A program made the position numbers and the translations under genes. DNA of 35,379 nt from Desulfobacterales bacterium (GTDB taxonomy: Bacteria; Desulfobacterota; Desulfobacteria; Desulfobacterales; UBA2245): positions 372,001 through 407,379 of the forward strand of contig JAXGZF010000007.1 of the NCBI GenBank assembly GCA_040771865.1. Reading direction: 5' to 3'. Of the stretch, positions 19,762 to 30,187 are shown one piece after another; position 1 is the first letter of the stretch, and each line of letters opens with the position of its first letter. The notes beneath the pieces are model-generated. The model was not told the DNA's origin and ran no database searches. It saw only the letters and a list, made by a program, of their open reading frames with translations.

Positions 19762-20412
19762 GTGAAACTGACACTGTTGATTGTATCGGGCTTGGTCGGC
19801 GTGCTGGCGCTGATGCTGATTCTGTCCAGATGGATGGACCGGCGGGGCACAAAAGCAATGGTGGAGTATGCGACCACGCGCGGCTGGACATGCCTGGACG
19901 CGAATCATCCGGAACTGCTGGCGCACCTGAAACCGGCGTTTCCGAAGATGCAATGGTTTGTTAAATTTATATCCGCTCCGCGAAGCTCCGAAAACAACGT
20001 CTTTCTGTTTGCCTACGCCCTGAGATCTCATGGGCCCGGGGTCGATGATTCCAGAGGCTACGCCTGCCTGGCCAAGCATGGCGGGAGGCCCGTGGAGCCG
20101 ACGGTTGTCGTTACCCGCCGTGTGCCACTGGTCGAAAAGCTCGTTGACGACAGGGTCCAGGCGGGCGGCGATGAGTTCCGGCGGGAGTGCACGGTGACTT
20201 GCAGTGATCCGGAGGTAGCCGCCCGGGTGATCCAACCTCAGGTGGAACAGCTCCTGCTGGAGCATTTCAAGGTGCGCGAATGGGTTCTGGACGCGTGCTT
20301 CTACGATGACAAGGTGTTGGTGATGAGCTTCTGGGCTCAATCCCCCGAGGAATGGGACTACATCGTCGACCTGACCCGGAAACTCGCCGATGCCGCCAAA
20401 CGCCGCCGGTGA
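19762..20412 (+). CDS. Hypothetical protein with single N-terminal transmembrane helix
   Basis: AGGAGG RBS before GTG 19762; hydrophobic N-terminus followed by a soluble domain; no family firmly recognised. Confidence 0.75.
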   Translation: MKLTLLIVSGLVGVLALMLILSRWMDRRGTKAMVEYATTRGWTCLDANHPELLAHLKPAFPKMQWFVKFISAPRSSENNVFLFAYALRSHGPGVDDSRGYACLAKHGGRPVEPTVVVTRRVPLVEKLVDDRVQAGGDEFRRECTVTCSDPEVAARVIQPQVEQLLLEHFKVREWVLDACFYDDKVLVMSFWAQSPEEWDYIVDLTRKLADAAKRRR

Positions 20413-20561
20413 AAAACGCCGTATTCGGCTGCAAATAGACGCCATTTTTCACGGCGACATCATTCGTTGCCGCCATATCATGCAAGACGTGTGTAAAAAG
20501 CACTGAACCGCGTTTCTTCCAACCCGTTCACGTCTCAAGAGCGGGTCCTTATCCGACGTTT

Positions 20562-21580
20562 CTATCTGATCCCCTTGAGCGTCTCCACGATCAATGCATA
20601 GACCTTGGGTACGGTCGAGATTTCGAGGCGCTCAGCGGGGGAGTGAACGTCTTTTATCGTCGGTCCGATTGAAATCATGTCGAGTTGCGGATTTTTCTCT
20701 CCGGCGACGCTTGTCTCGAGACCCGCATGTACGGCGGTGACGTCCGGCTCGACGCCGAAGAGGTCGGAATAGGTCTTCTTCATCAAGGCAAGCGGCGCCG
20801 AGTCCGGACCGGGCGGCCAGCTCGAATAGGAATCGTGCAAGGTGGCCGTCGTCCCCGCAAGTTCAAAAATGGAGACGAAACGCGCCGCGGCGTCGTCACG
20901 CGCAGAGTTTAATGCGCTCCGGACATAGATGCTTGCGGCAAGGCTTCCGTCGCCGATCATGAGAATACCGATGCTGCCCGATGTTTCGACAAGTCCGGGG
21001 ACGGCGTCGCTCATTCGAAAGATACCCTGAGGCGCGGCGTATACCCGCCGATCAGTCTACGCGCTGCCTGCCGTTCGATGACCTTTGCAGGTGGGTCGTC
21101 GAGCGGGGTCGCGGGCGAGCGTCGCCGCAAATCCCTGGACGTACGAAATGAAGGCATCGGTTTGCTCGGCCGGAACGGCGACGGTCGCCGTCGTCGTCCG
21201 CGGTATCGCGTTGCGGAGGCTGCCACCCACGAGACTGGCGAGTCGCGCGCCGAGAGCGCCGGGGCGTTCCACAGAAGGCGCGCCATCAATTGATGGGCGC
21301 TTGCCCGTCCCTTGTCAATGTCAGCTCCCAAATGACCCGCCACGCAGTCCGTCGATCGCGACCGCAACGCCTCTCATCCCCGCAGGGACCGCTTCCTCCG
21401 GAAAGGCGGCCTCGATCTCGACAAAAACGCCGCCCGCGCTGCTGATCACGAACTGGCCTTCCACCTCGTTGTCAACGTTGATGTAGATCTTTCCTTTGAG
21501 GAGAGAGGGATCGACGGCGTTTATTCCCGTGAATCCGTCTTCCTCGTTGACGGTGAAAAGCGCCCCGAGCGGCCCGTGGT
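20562..21580 (-). pseudogene. pepD: Aminoacyl-histidine dipeptidase (M20C) remnant
   Basis: PepD motifs are spread over several frames: HGPLGALFTVNEEDG, INVDNE, GLRGG/HLGADIDKGR, GGSLRNAIPR, VHAGLE, SIGPTIKDVHSPAERLEI. The N-terminus is missing. Confidence 0.88.
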
Positions 21581-21586
21581 TGAACT

Positions 21587-21639
21587 CTTGCAAAAAACTG
21601 CCGATATGGTTTAATCAGTTTATTGGTTCCATTATTGAA
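21587..21639 (+). promoter_or_regulatory. Duplicated 53-bp promoter/operator-like module, copy 2
   Basis: 46/53 identical to 19681-19733; TTGCAA-16 nt-TTTAAT with extended TG; sits at the pepD breakpoint. Confidence 0.6.
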
Positions 21640-21719
21640 TGAGGTACCGCGCTTCCCGTTCAACAGGCGGTCGCATAACAACGCCTCGTGCGTGAGGCAT
21701 CAGCCGCAGGAGGAGAATC

Positions 21720-22910
21720 ATGTCTGCATCAGGCGCCGAAGGGCAGGTTGTCAGGAATCGTCTCACCTCGATCGACATGTTGCGCGGTCTCGTCCTGGTT
21801 ATCATGGCACTCGACCACGTAAGGGACATGGTCACCCGCCCGCTGAGCACTGACTATTCGGCTGCAATGGACTTCACCGCTTCCTCGGGCGCACTGTTTT
21901 TCACGCGCTGGGTTACGAACATTTGTGCACCGACCTTCGTCCTGCTTGCCGGCATGAGCGCCTTTCTCTACAGCGCGATGCGGCAGCGGTCCACAGGCGA
22001 GCTCTCGCTCTTTCTGGTGAGCCGGGGCGTATGGCTCGTCTTCATTGAACTGACCGCAGTCCACTTTGCCTGGGCGTTCAACCTGCGGACGCTTCCCATT
22101 CTGCAAGTGATCTGGGCAATCGGGTGGGCGATGATTGCGCTCGCCGTTCTTGTCTATCTGCCCCGCGCTGCCATCGCGGCGGTCGGTGTAATCATGATAG
22201 CAGCCCATAACGCACTTGACGGTGTGCAACCGCCTCTCTCCGAAGCTTCTCCCGCATGGGTGATCCTGCACATTCCAGGACCCGTCACGATCGGCGGGGC
22301 TCCCATTGCATCCGTGATATACCCTTTGATTCCGTGGATCGGCGTGATGGCGCTCGGTTATGCGCTCGGTTCATATTTTGTACTCCCTGATCCTGCGCGA
22401 CCCAAGCGGCTCCTGCAGATCGGCGGACTCCTGACCATCGCCTTCCTCCTGCTTCGCTTGATGAATCTCTACGGCGAGCCGGTTGCATGGACGCCGCAGC
22501 AGAATATGACCGCGACGCTCATCAACTTTTTCAGTGTCACAAAGTATCCCCCATCCCTGCAGTTTCTGCTCATGACACTGGGACCCGCGCTGATGCTGCT
22601 TGGATGGTTCGAGCGGGTCACGGGGAGCATCGCTGCAAGGTTGATCACGATCGGGCGGGTCTCGTTCTTCTACTACGTTGTCCATCTCTACCTGATCCAC
22701 GCCATCGCCCTTTCCATCGGGCTCTGGCAGGGCTACGGCGTGCGCGACATGGCCGTTTTCTTTCTCGACTATCCGGAGAGTTTCGGCATCTCTCTCAGCG
22801 GGGTTTACATCGTATGGATCTTCACCGTCCTGGTCATGTATCCTGCCTGCGCATGGTTCGCCGGCATCAAGGCGCGGCATCGCGATTGGCAGTGGCTCAA
22901 ATACCTCTGA
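21720..22910 (+). CDS. DUF1624 / HGSNAT-like integral membrane acyltransferase
   Basis: RLTSIDMLRGLVLVIMALDHVRD, FFTRWVT, YPLIPWIGVM and KYPPSL motifs; multiple TM helices; AGGAGG RBS. Confidence 0.9.
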   Translation: MSASGAEGQVVRNRLTSIDMLRGLVLVIMALDHVRDMVTRPLSTDYSAAMDFTASSGALFFTRWVTNICAPTFVLLAGMSAFLYSAMRQRSTGELSLFLVSRGVWLVFIELTAVHFAWAFNLRTLPILQVIWAIGWAMIALAVLVYLPRAAIAAVGVIMIAAHNALDGVQPPLSEASPAWVILHIPGPVTIGGAPIASVIYPLIPWIGVMALGYALGSYFVLPDPARPKRLLQIGGLLTIAFLLLRLMNLYGEPVAWTPQQNMTATLINFFSVTKYPPSLQFLLMTLGPALMLLGWFERVTGSIAARLITIGRVSFFYYVVHLYLIHAIALSIGLWQGYGVRDMAVFFLDYPESFGISLSGVYIVWIFTVLVMYPACAWFAGIKARHRDWQWLKYL

Positions 22911-23125
22911 TTGGAAATCAATCAGCGCGGCCGGATATTCTCGGGCTCCGAAAAAGCCTGGAATGACTTGTGATGAAACCCGGATCGAATCCTTTCAAAT
23001 TAACAGTCCCCTAAAAAATAAAATCGGCCTGGTTTAAATTGAAATAAATATCATCGTGTTATACAGCATCTCAAAATACTGAAATCCATTTTTTCTACAA
23101 CTTATTATTTTAAATGAGGATTGTC

Positions 23126-23602
23126 ATGTCCTGGAAATCATCTTGTTGTTTGATGACCATCGCGCTTTTTCTGCTGGTGCTGCCGCAGGGATGCAGCAAT
23201 TCGGATTCGGACAACTCTGCGAATGAAAAATACATCGAGGCTTATTCATCGGGAACCCAGGCGTATATCTGGGGGTATCCCCTCGTTTCCAATTTCAACC
23301 GTTTCAGGGCGGTTTCCAGGGTCACGGAAATTAATGTCAAGAACAAAACCCTTCCCCGTGCGCCGGTCAATCAGATATGTTTTCTGTCGGATTATGTTAC
23401 GCCGGATGAACGCGGCATCGTGGCGCCCAATCACGACACCGTCTATGGGTCAGCCTGGCTGGACCTCGGCATCGAACCGATTGTGTTGCGCATGCCGGAT
23501 ATGGGGAACCGGTTCTGGATTTTCGAGATGTGTGATCTCTACACCGATGTCTTTGCCTCGCCAGGCACACGTTTCGGTTCTCCGGCTGGCGATGACGCTT
23601 AG
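23126..23602 (+). pseudogene. DUF1254-family lipoprotein, 3' truncated
   Basis: Signal peptide with Cys; AYIWGYPLV, IVAPNHDTVYGSAWLDL and EPIVL...RFW...D.YT motifs. It stops partway through the domain, with no DUF1214 part and no visible continuation. Confidence 0.78.
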
Positions 23603-23986
23603 AATTTGACAGGGAAGCCCCGGCCATGGTTTACTATAACGCGCTACAGCAAAAGGGGCTGCGGTATGGATATGAACTCAGGGCGGTTTCCCGCTTATCA
23701 ACCCCTGTTGTCTGTCCGAAGAACTCAGGCCGCCAGGCGCTTCGTTTTTCTCAGCAACTCGGATCGATGGTTAAAAACATCAAAAGATACGACTGCGGTT
23801 ATCGTTAAGATATAATCCAACATTTTATGCCCGAAATGGGCGCGCACGCGGGCAGGAAACCACGCAGCGCGAATCCAGAGGCTCTTTTTGCAGTCCATCG
23901 TCCTTGTGGTTTCGTGCCGGTGATGCCCGCAGCTTGCGACCGTTCCGATCCCCGTTACGACCGGGAAAAGGCATCAAGGAGGCTTC

Positions 23987-24703
23987 ATGCTGTTGCGGCC
24001 GGCTGAGCGATTCCTGTTCATCGGCGACTCAATCACAGACTGCGGGCGCAGTCGTCTCCCCACAAACTGGGTCTCTGTCCAAGAGCTGGGGAACGGGTAC
24101 GTCAGTCTGGTCCATTCCGCGCTGATCGCCGCCTACCCCGACTACGGCACTCGGGTTCTCAACATGGGAGTGTCGGGCGACACCGTTCGGGATCTGACGG
24201 CGCGCTGGAAGTCGGACGTCCTGCGCCGGCGCCCCACATGGCTCAGCATCATGATTGGAATCAATGACGTCTGGCAGCACTTCGGCCCTTCATTGGAATC
24301 AGGCACGCTGATTACCCCGAAGGAATTCGGCCGGACTCTCGACGATCTCATCCAGCAGGTGCGTGCCGATCTCACCGGCCTGGTCTTGATGACGCCCTAC
24401 TACCTCGACGCCAACCGCGATGAGCCGATGCGCGCCCTCATGGATCAATTCGGACGGGTAGTCCGTCAGGCTGCCGCACGCCACAAGGCTGTCCTCGTTG
24501 ACACTCAGGCAGCCTTTGACGGCATGCTCGCATGGCTCACGTCGTCCAGTCTTGCAGCCGATCGAATCCATGTCAACCAGGCAGGGCACATGATCCTGGC
24601 CCGCGCCCTGCTGCGGGCGCTCGAATTCGAGTGGCTGAGGCCGGTGGGCGCTCCGTCTCATGCGGCCCCCAAAAAATCACCGGGCGCGGCAGGGCTCCGG
24701 TGA
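23987..24703 (+). CDS. SGNH/GDSL hydrolase
   Basis: GDSITD, NMGVSG, GINDVW and DRIH blocks; AAGGAGG RBS. Confidence 0.93.
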   Translation: MLLRPAERFLFIGDSITDCGRSRLPTNWVSVQELGNGYVSLVHSALIAAYPDYGTRVLNMGVSGDTVRDLTARWKSDVLRRRPTWLSIMIGINDVWQHFGPSLESGTLITPKEFGRTLDDLIQQVRADLTGLVLMTPYYLDANRDEPMRALMDQFGRVVRQAAARHKAVLVDTQAAFDGMLAWLTSSSLAADRIHVNQAGHMILARALLRALEFEWLRPVGAPSHAAPKKSPGAAGLR

Positions 24704-25041
24704 ATCGCCCTTGCGATCTTTCAACTTTTTCAGGTTGTCTTCTGCTTCCGGATTGCTGTCTAATTCGAACTGTAATTCTTTGCAGGGGAAATCAGCGCAT
24801 TCCATGCAGGAATCGTAATCCTTCTCGATGCAGCATGCACGCATTTTACATAACTTGGTGCAATAAAATGAATGTCTTTTCCCGGCCTTGCATCCGTCGC
24901 AGATCACATGCTCCGGCTTTACATCAGCACGATACAGCTCGGACAGTTTTTTGCGACTTTGACGAATTCTTCATCATTTCCGGATCGGGTCGCAAGGTAA
25001 CTGTCGCATTTCGAACAGTCTATTCCGCAATAAGCGATCAT
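24677..25041 (-). pseudogene. DUF3795 Cys-rich protein, frameshifted
   Basis: ATG 25041 gives MIAYCGIDCSKC. Adding one A to the A6 run (T6 at 24947-24952) joins it to AKKLSELY...ICDGC...CKMRACC...CMECADFPC. Confidence 0.85.
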
Positions 25042-25191
25042 TAACAGGGTGTTGAAAAACAAGAATCAGGCCGCCAGGCAAGGCGCGCGGCGATGCGACA
25101 AGCGCAGCATATTCAAGCATATGTGAGCATTGGCGAGAGCCGCGCAACGCTGAATGGCGGCCTCAGGCGCAGTTTTTCAACAGCCTGTTAA
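25041..25191. mobile_element. MITE-like non-autonomous palindromic element
   Basis: 20-bp terminal inverted repeats TTAACAGG(G/C)TGTTGAAAAAC (19/20), TTAA on both flanks, nested internal inverted repeats, no ORF. Confidence 0.8.
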
Positions 25192-25258
25192 GTCCTCTTT
25201 GATTGAGTCAACCTTCTTGCAGCAGAGCCGTTAATTGAATTTTTCTGCAATAACAACA

Positions 25259-25290
25259 ATCGGTTGAGCTGTTTTTGCCGCTCAACCGAT
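25259..25290. repeat. Perfect 11-bp inverted repeat (operator or hairpin)
   Basis: ATCGGTTGAGC-N10-GCTCAACCGAT in a divergent intergenic region. Confidence 0.6.
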
Positions 25291-25648
25291 ATACTGCGCT
25301 TTGAATGATACGACCGCCCCGTAGTTGATTTCTATTAAGAATTCAGGTTGTTGTGGATTTTTCGTTTTGGCCGGGCGGCGAAGACAATTTCGGGCATTCC
25401 GTATTCCCTCCGCCGGCAGCGTATTGTAAAAAATGGCGCAAAACATTTCCTACAACCCGTGTGGTTTCGCCGTCAAGCAAAAATTCCTCTCGAAACCCAA
25501 CAACCGGACCCGGCTTTTAATGGGAAGAATGGACTCGAATGAACGGCGTTTTTCCAGGCGACAAATGTTTTTCCCCAAAGGCTTGATCTTTGCCGGATTT
25601 GCGATTATTCTCCCCCAAATTATCTTTCGGAAGGTTCGAGGAGGCAGG

Positions 25649-27166
25649 ATGAGGGGAAAAATCGGTTTCGACAACGAAAAATACATCGCGGAGCAGACCG
25701 CTGAAATCCTGGAGCGGGTGAAGCGGTTTGACAGCAGGCTGTACCTCGAGTTCGGCGGCAAGCTTCTTTATGATTACCATGCCGCCCGCGTCCTCCCCGG
25801 CTACGACCCCAACGTGAAAATGAGGCTGCTTCAGGGGCTTCGGGACAAGGCGGACATCCTCCTTTGCATCTATGCCGGCGACATCGAGCGGAAGAAAATC
25901 CGGGCCGATTTCGGAATCACCTATGATGCCGACGCCCTGAAGCTCATCGATGACCTCCGGGAGTGGGGCATCCATGTACTCGGCGTCGTCATCACCCGGT
26001 TCGAGAACCAGCCGACGGCCGTTCTCTTCAAGAACAAGCTGGAAAGGCGGAACATCCGGGTCTACACCCACCGCTACACCCAGGGGTACCCCACCGACGT
26101 GGATCTCGTCGTAAGCGACGAGGGGTACGGGGCGAACGAGTACATCGAAACGGTCAAGCCCCTGATCATCGTCACCGGCCCCGGCCCGGGAAGCGGGAAA
26201 CTGGCCACCTGCCTGTCCCAGTTCTACCACGACTATCGAAGAGGTACGAAATCGGGATATGCCAAGTTCGAGACCTTTCCCATCTGGAACCTGCCCCTGA
26301 AGCACCCCGTCAACGTGGCCTACGAGGCGGCCACGGCGGACATCAGGGATTTCAACCTCATCGATCCCTTCCACCTCGAAGCCTACGATCAAAAGGCCGT
26401 GAACTACAACCGGGACGTGGAAGCCTTTCCCGTCCTGAAACGAATCATCGAAAAGATCACGAAGGGGGAATCCTTTTACAGGTCGCCCACGGACATGGGG
26501 GTGAACCGGTGCGGATTCGCCATCGTGGACGACGGAGTGACCCGGGAGGCCGCCAAGCAGGAGATCATCCGCCGCTATTTCCGCTACCGGTGCGAGTACG
26601 TCATGGGCTTCGCCGAGAAGGAAACCGTCCAGCGGGTGGAATTGTTCATGAAGGATTTCAACCTGGGACCGGAGTACCGGAAGGTGGTTGAACCGGCCCG
26701 CAAAGCCGCCCTGGAGGCCCGGGAACGGGAAAAGGGGAACGAGGGAATTTATTGCGGCGCCGCCATCGAGCTCAGGGACGGAACCATCGTCACGGGGAAC
26801 AACTCCCCCCTCATGCACGCCGCCTCCAGCCTGGTGCTACACGCCATCAAGCGCCTCGCCGCGATCCCCCACCCGATCAAGCTTCTTCCGGCTTACATCA
26901 CCGATTCCATCCGCCACCTGAAAACGGAGATGCTCCATGAAAAGACGGTGAGCATGGATCTGGAGGAGACGCTCATCGCGCTCAGCGTCAGCGCCACGAC
27001 CAACCCGGCCGCCCAGCTGGCCATGGAAAAACTCAAGGAGCTTCAGGGCTGCGAGGTCCATATGACCCACATTCCCACGCCCGGAGACGAAGCGGGGCTT
27101 CGGCGCCTGGGGGTCAACCTCACCAGCGACCCCGATTTCCCGACGAAGAATCTTTTCGTACCCTGA
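25649..27166 (+). CDS. DUF1846 / UPF0371 family protein (P-loop)
   Basis: GFDNEKYI, LYLEFGGKL, HAARVLPG, GPGPGSGKLATCLSQ, YAKFETFPIWNLP and SPTDMGVN motifs; GGAGG RBS before ATG 25649. Confidence 0.93.
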   Translation: MRGKIGFDNEKYIAEQTAEILERVKRFDSRLYLEFGGKLLYDYHAARVLPGYDPNVKMRLLQGLRDKADILLCIYAGDIERKKIRADFGITYDADALKLIDDLREWGIHVLGVVITRFENQPTAVLFKNKLERRNIRVYTHRYTQGYPTDVDLVVSDEGYGANEYIETVKPLIIVTGPGPGSGKLATCLSQFYHDYRRGTKSGYAKFETFPIWNLPLKHPVNVAYEAATADIRDFNLIDPFHLEAYDQKAVNYNRDVEAFPVLKRIIEKITKGESFYRSPTDMGVNRCGFAIVDDGVTREAAKQEIIRRYFRYRCEYVMGFAEKETVQRVELFMKDFNLGPEYRKVVEPARKAALEAREREKGNEGIYCGAAIELRDGTIVTGNNSPLMHAASSLVLHAIKRLAAIPHPIKLLPAYITDSIRHLKTEMLHEKTVSMDLEETLIALSVSATTNPAAQLAMEKLKELQGCEVHMTHIPTPGDEAGLRRLGVNLTSDPDFPTKNLFVP

Positions 27167-27190
27167 TTCCGGGGCTCCTGCCCTGCTTAT

Positions 27191-28369
27191 TCAAGATATT
27201 TTTCGCTTCCCTGTCAGGAGGAAACCCATGGATGCGGCCGCCAGCGCCAGCCCGATGCTGAACATAAAATAGCCGTGATAGTCCCATCGGACGACGAGCG
27301 CGCCGCCCAGCACCGGACCGAGGAAGCATGCCGCCTGTATGGAACAAAGCGTCAGGTTTGCGTTCAAAGGGCGGAATCTGGGGGACGAAACTTCAAACAT
27401 CAGGCCATGGAAGATAGGCTGACCCATTCCCATACCCACTCCAAAGATCAAGGCCACGAGCGGCAACGCCCACGCGCCCGGCAGGTTGTCCATGGCCAGA
27501 TACCCGAAGGCAATGACCGCAAACGTGACCACCAGCATTCGGGCTTTATTGAAGGTATCGAACAGCTTCCCAGCGAACAGTCGGAACACGATCATCGTTC
27601 CCGTCTGTACCGTGAAAAAGGAACCCACGTTAACGACCCCCTGTTGATCCGCAAATCCCTTGACCAGAAAAAACATGCTGCTCCAGATGATGATATAAAT
27701 GGTGTTCAGCAGAAGCAGCAGCGCAACCGGCAGCTGCGTAACATTGGCGCGGATGTCCGGCCAGGCGGGAAGATGTTTTCTTTCCCCCATGTGAAACCTT
27801 CCTCGAAGGCGCAGGCGCATATGCAGGACAATCCAGGCCGCCGGAATCAGCGTAATCGTGGCGCCTGCATACCCGTGCGGGGGCGTGGGAATCAGGAAAT
27901 CCAGGGCATCCATCACTGCCGGCACCGCTCCATAAGGCAAAAGGATGGCTACGGAGTAAACGGCAAAGGCCTGCCCGCTTTTTCCTTCCGGAATGATGGA
28001 TACAAAAAGCGTCATTGCGCCTGCACCCATGAGGAAATTTCCGGCGCCGTTCATCATGCGCAGCGCCAGCAGGCCCCAGAAGGAATGGATGAAGAGGTAA
28101 CTCACGCCGCACAGAGCCACCACCGCCATTCCCAGCAGCATGGCGCGCGGCGCGTTGGAGGCGTTCAGAAAGGGGCTCGCCAGAAGGTAAAGCGCCATGG
28201 CCGTGAGCGAATAGGAACCGACCAGGAGACCGTGCAGATCGGCAGGTATGCCGAGCGTCCGCAGGTAATTGAACAGGTTGTAAAAAACGCTGATATTACA
28301 GACAGCGACAAAGGTCACAATGCACAGGCCTAAGAACTCAAAGGTCAACAATCTGCGGGGTTCGTGCAT
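27191..28369 (-). CDS. MFS transporter
   Basis: 392 aa with about 12 hydrophobic helices; motif-A-like GKLFDTFNKA. Confidence 0.9.
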   Translation of the reverse strand: MHEPRRLLTFEFLGLCIVTFVAVCNISVFYNLFNYLRTLGIPADLHGLLVGSYSLTAMALYLLASPFLNASNAPRAMLLGMAVVALCGVSYLFIHSFWGLLALRMMNGAGNFLMGAGAMTLFVSIIPEGKSGQAFAVYSVAILLPYGAVPAVMDALDFLIPTPPHGYAGATITLIPAAWIVLHMRLRLRGRFHMGERKHLPAWPDIRANVTQLPVALLLLLNTIYIIIWSSMFFLVKGFADQQGVVNVGSFFTVQTGTMIVFRLFAGKLFDTFNKARMLVVTFAVIAFGYLAMDNLPGAWALPLVALIFGVGMGMGQPIFHGLMFEVSSPRFRPLNANLTLCSIQAACFLGPVLGGALVVRWDYHGYFMFSIGLALAAASMGFLLTGKRKIS

Positions 28370-28856
28370 TTTGCCTCAGATCTTTCTCCATCAACCCGTA
28401 TACTGAACGAAATTTGCGGCAAAATATCATGTAAATCAATTGGTTAATTGAATGTTGCCGCATTAAAATATATCATGGGTGCCATGCAGTATTCAAGGTG
28501 TAAGAGTTGTAAAATCGCAGGAAGGTTCAGCGGTGGGAATATCTGTAAAGGTCGGCAACCGCCCGGCTCTCCCCATTCCCGATCTGCACGACATGATCGA
28601 CGGCCGCTGCACACGGCTTTTATCGGAAAACATAAAATCATATCCGTCTTCAATTTATTTTAGCGCCCTCTGTTGCTTCTTGCCGTATCCTGAATTCACT
28701 GGTAATAAGGGTTTCTTCCTTCCTGATGGCGTTGATTTTTCGCAGAAAACATATCGGGAAGCGGAGGGGTTTGAATACACGCAGTGAATGGCGCCCTGCA
28801 TTGGTTTTGAATATTTTGCTTTTTAACCTTTGGTTCCGAAAGTTGAGTCAACAAAC

Positions 28857-29945
28857 ATGAAACGTCTTTATCTTTGTCTCCTTGTCCTGGTGCTGCTGAC
28901 GCCCGATGCCCTGGCAGCCCGCGCGCCCCTGAAAGCGATTTTTGCCGATCCTTATGTTTCAGCCCTGGCAATCGATGCGGAGAGCGGAAAAATTCTCTTC
29001 GAATCAAACGCCGATGCCATGGTTTATCCCGCCAGCGTTCTCAAACTGATGAATCTCTACGTGATTCTCGACCGTATCGAACAGGGTGCGCTGCGGTTTG
29101 ACGACATGGTGCAGGTGACCTCGGAAGCCTCCAAAATCGGCGGGTCTCAGGTTTATCTCGATCCAAAAGAACAATTTTCGGTTGAGGAGCTCGTATACGC
29201 CATGATGGTGCAGTCCGCCAACGATGCATCGGTTGCCCTGGCCATTCACATCGCGGGTTCAAAGGACGGCTTTGTCGACCTGATGAACCGGAAGGCGCAG
29301 GAACTGGGAATGAAAAACACCCGCTTTCACTCCGTTCATGGGCTGCCGCCCTCCGAGGGACAGCAGCCGGATGTCTCCACAGCCCGTGATTTTGCCATTC
29401 TCTGCAGCGAGCTGGCCAAGCGCCCGGAGGCCTTGAAGTTCACCGGCGTCCAGACCAGGGGATTTCGCGAAGACAAATTCATCATGCACAACCACAACAA
29501 GCTTCTGGGCCGGGTGTCCGGTTGCGACGGCTTCAAAACCGGTTATTACGAGGCAGCCGGATTTTCCATCGCCGCCACCGCCAGGAAAGGCGGGGTACGG
29601 ATAATCGCACTGGTCATGGGCAGCAAGGACCGCAAGGTTCGAGACGCCAAGGCAGCTGAACTGCTGGCCGAGGGCTTTCGCCTCGTTCCGCCGCAACCCG
29701 AAGCAACGGAGACGCAAAAGCCCGAGATTCCGAAGCCGCCGGCTTCGAAAGCCGCTGCAGGGCCTCAATCCGTTGAGCAGCAGAAACCCGAGACGGCTCC
29801 TTCATCCGGGGAAGGCGGCAGCGGCTGGAACAAGTTTCTTCTCGGTCTGGCTGCCGGTTTTCTGCTCTGTCTGGGATTTTTTGTCATTGCGCGGATTCTG
29901 AGAAAAAACAGCATTACCGACATCCGTTCCAAATATATGGATTGA
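28857..29945 (+). CDS. D-alanyl-D-alanine carboxypeptidase (peptidase S11) with C-terminal membrane anchor
   Basis: SVLK, SAN and KTG catalytic motifs; signal peptide; Pro-rich linker and C-terminal TM helix. Confidence 0.93.
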   Translation: MKRLYLCLLVLVLLTPDALAARAPLKAIFADPYVSALAIDAESGKILFESNADAMVYPASVLKLMNLYVILDRIEQGALRFDDMVQVTSEASKIGGSQVYLDPKEQFSVEELVYAMMVQSANDASVALAIHIAGSKDGFVDLMNRKAQELGMKNTRFHSVHGLPPSEGQQPDVSTARDFAILCSELAKRPEALKFTGVQTRGFREDKFIMHNHNKLLGRVSGCDGFKTGYYEAAGFSIAATARKGGVRIIALVMGSKDRKVRDAKAAELLAEGFRLVPPQPEATETQKPEIPKPPASKAAAGPQSVEQQKPETAPSSGEGGSGWNKFLLGLAAGFLLCLGFFVIARILRKNSITDIRSKYMD

Positions 29946-30187
29946 GCATCGTTTTCAGCGGATCATGGCGCCGGCTGAAGCAGTCAAGCCCCGGAACACA
30001 AACCGCGGCGCACGGATTCGGAATCCATTGCTTCATCGATTCATCTTTGAGCGGCGCGGGCCGACATTCCGGCAGCGAGGGCTTTGATGGAGTGATTTCA
30101 GAATGTTCCGCAATTCCCGTCAGCCTTGTCAGTCCGCGCTCTCTGTGTTAACCTGCGGACATCGTTGACATTCATTCAAGAGACTTC

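Noticed and set aside
19300..25300. Integron cassette array explaining the patchwork region
   Set aside because: No attC-like RYYYAAC...GTTRRRY hairpins were recognised after the genes, orientations are mixed, and no integrase is present.
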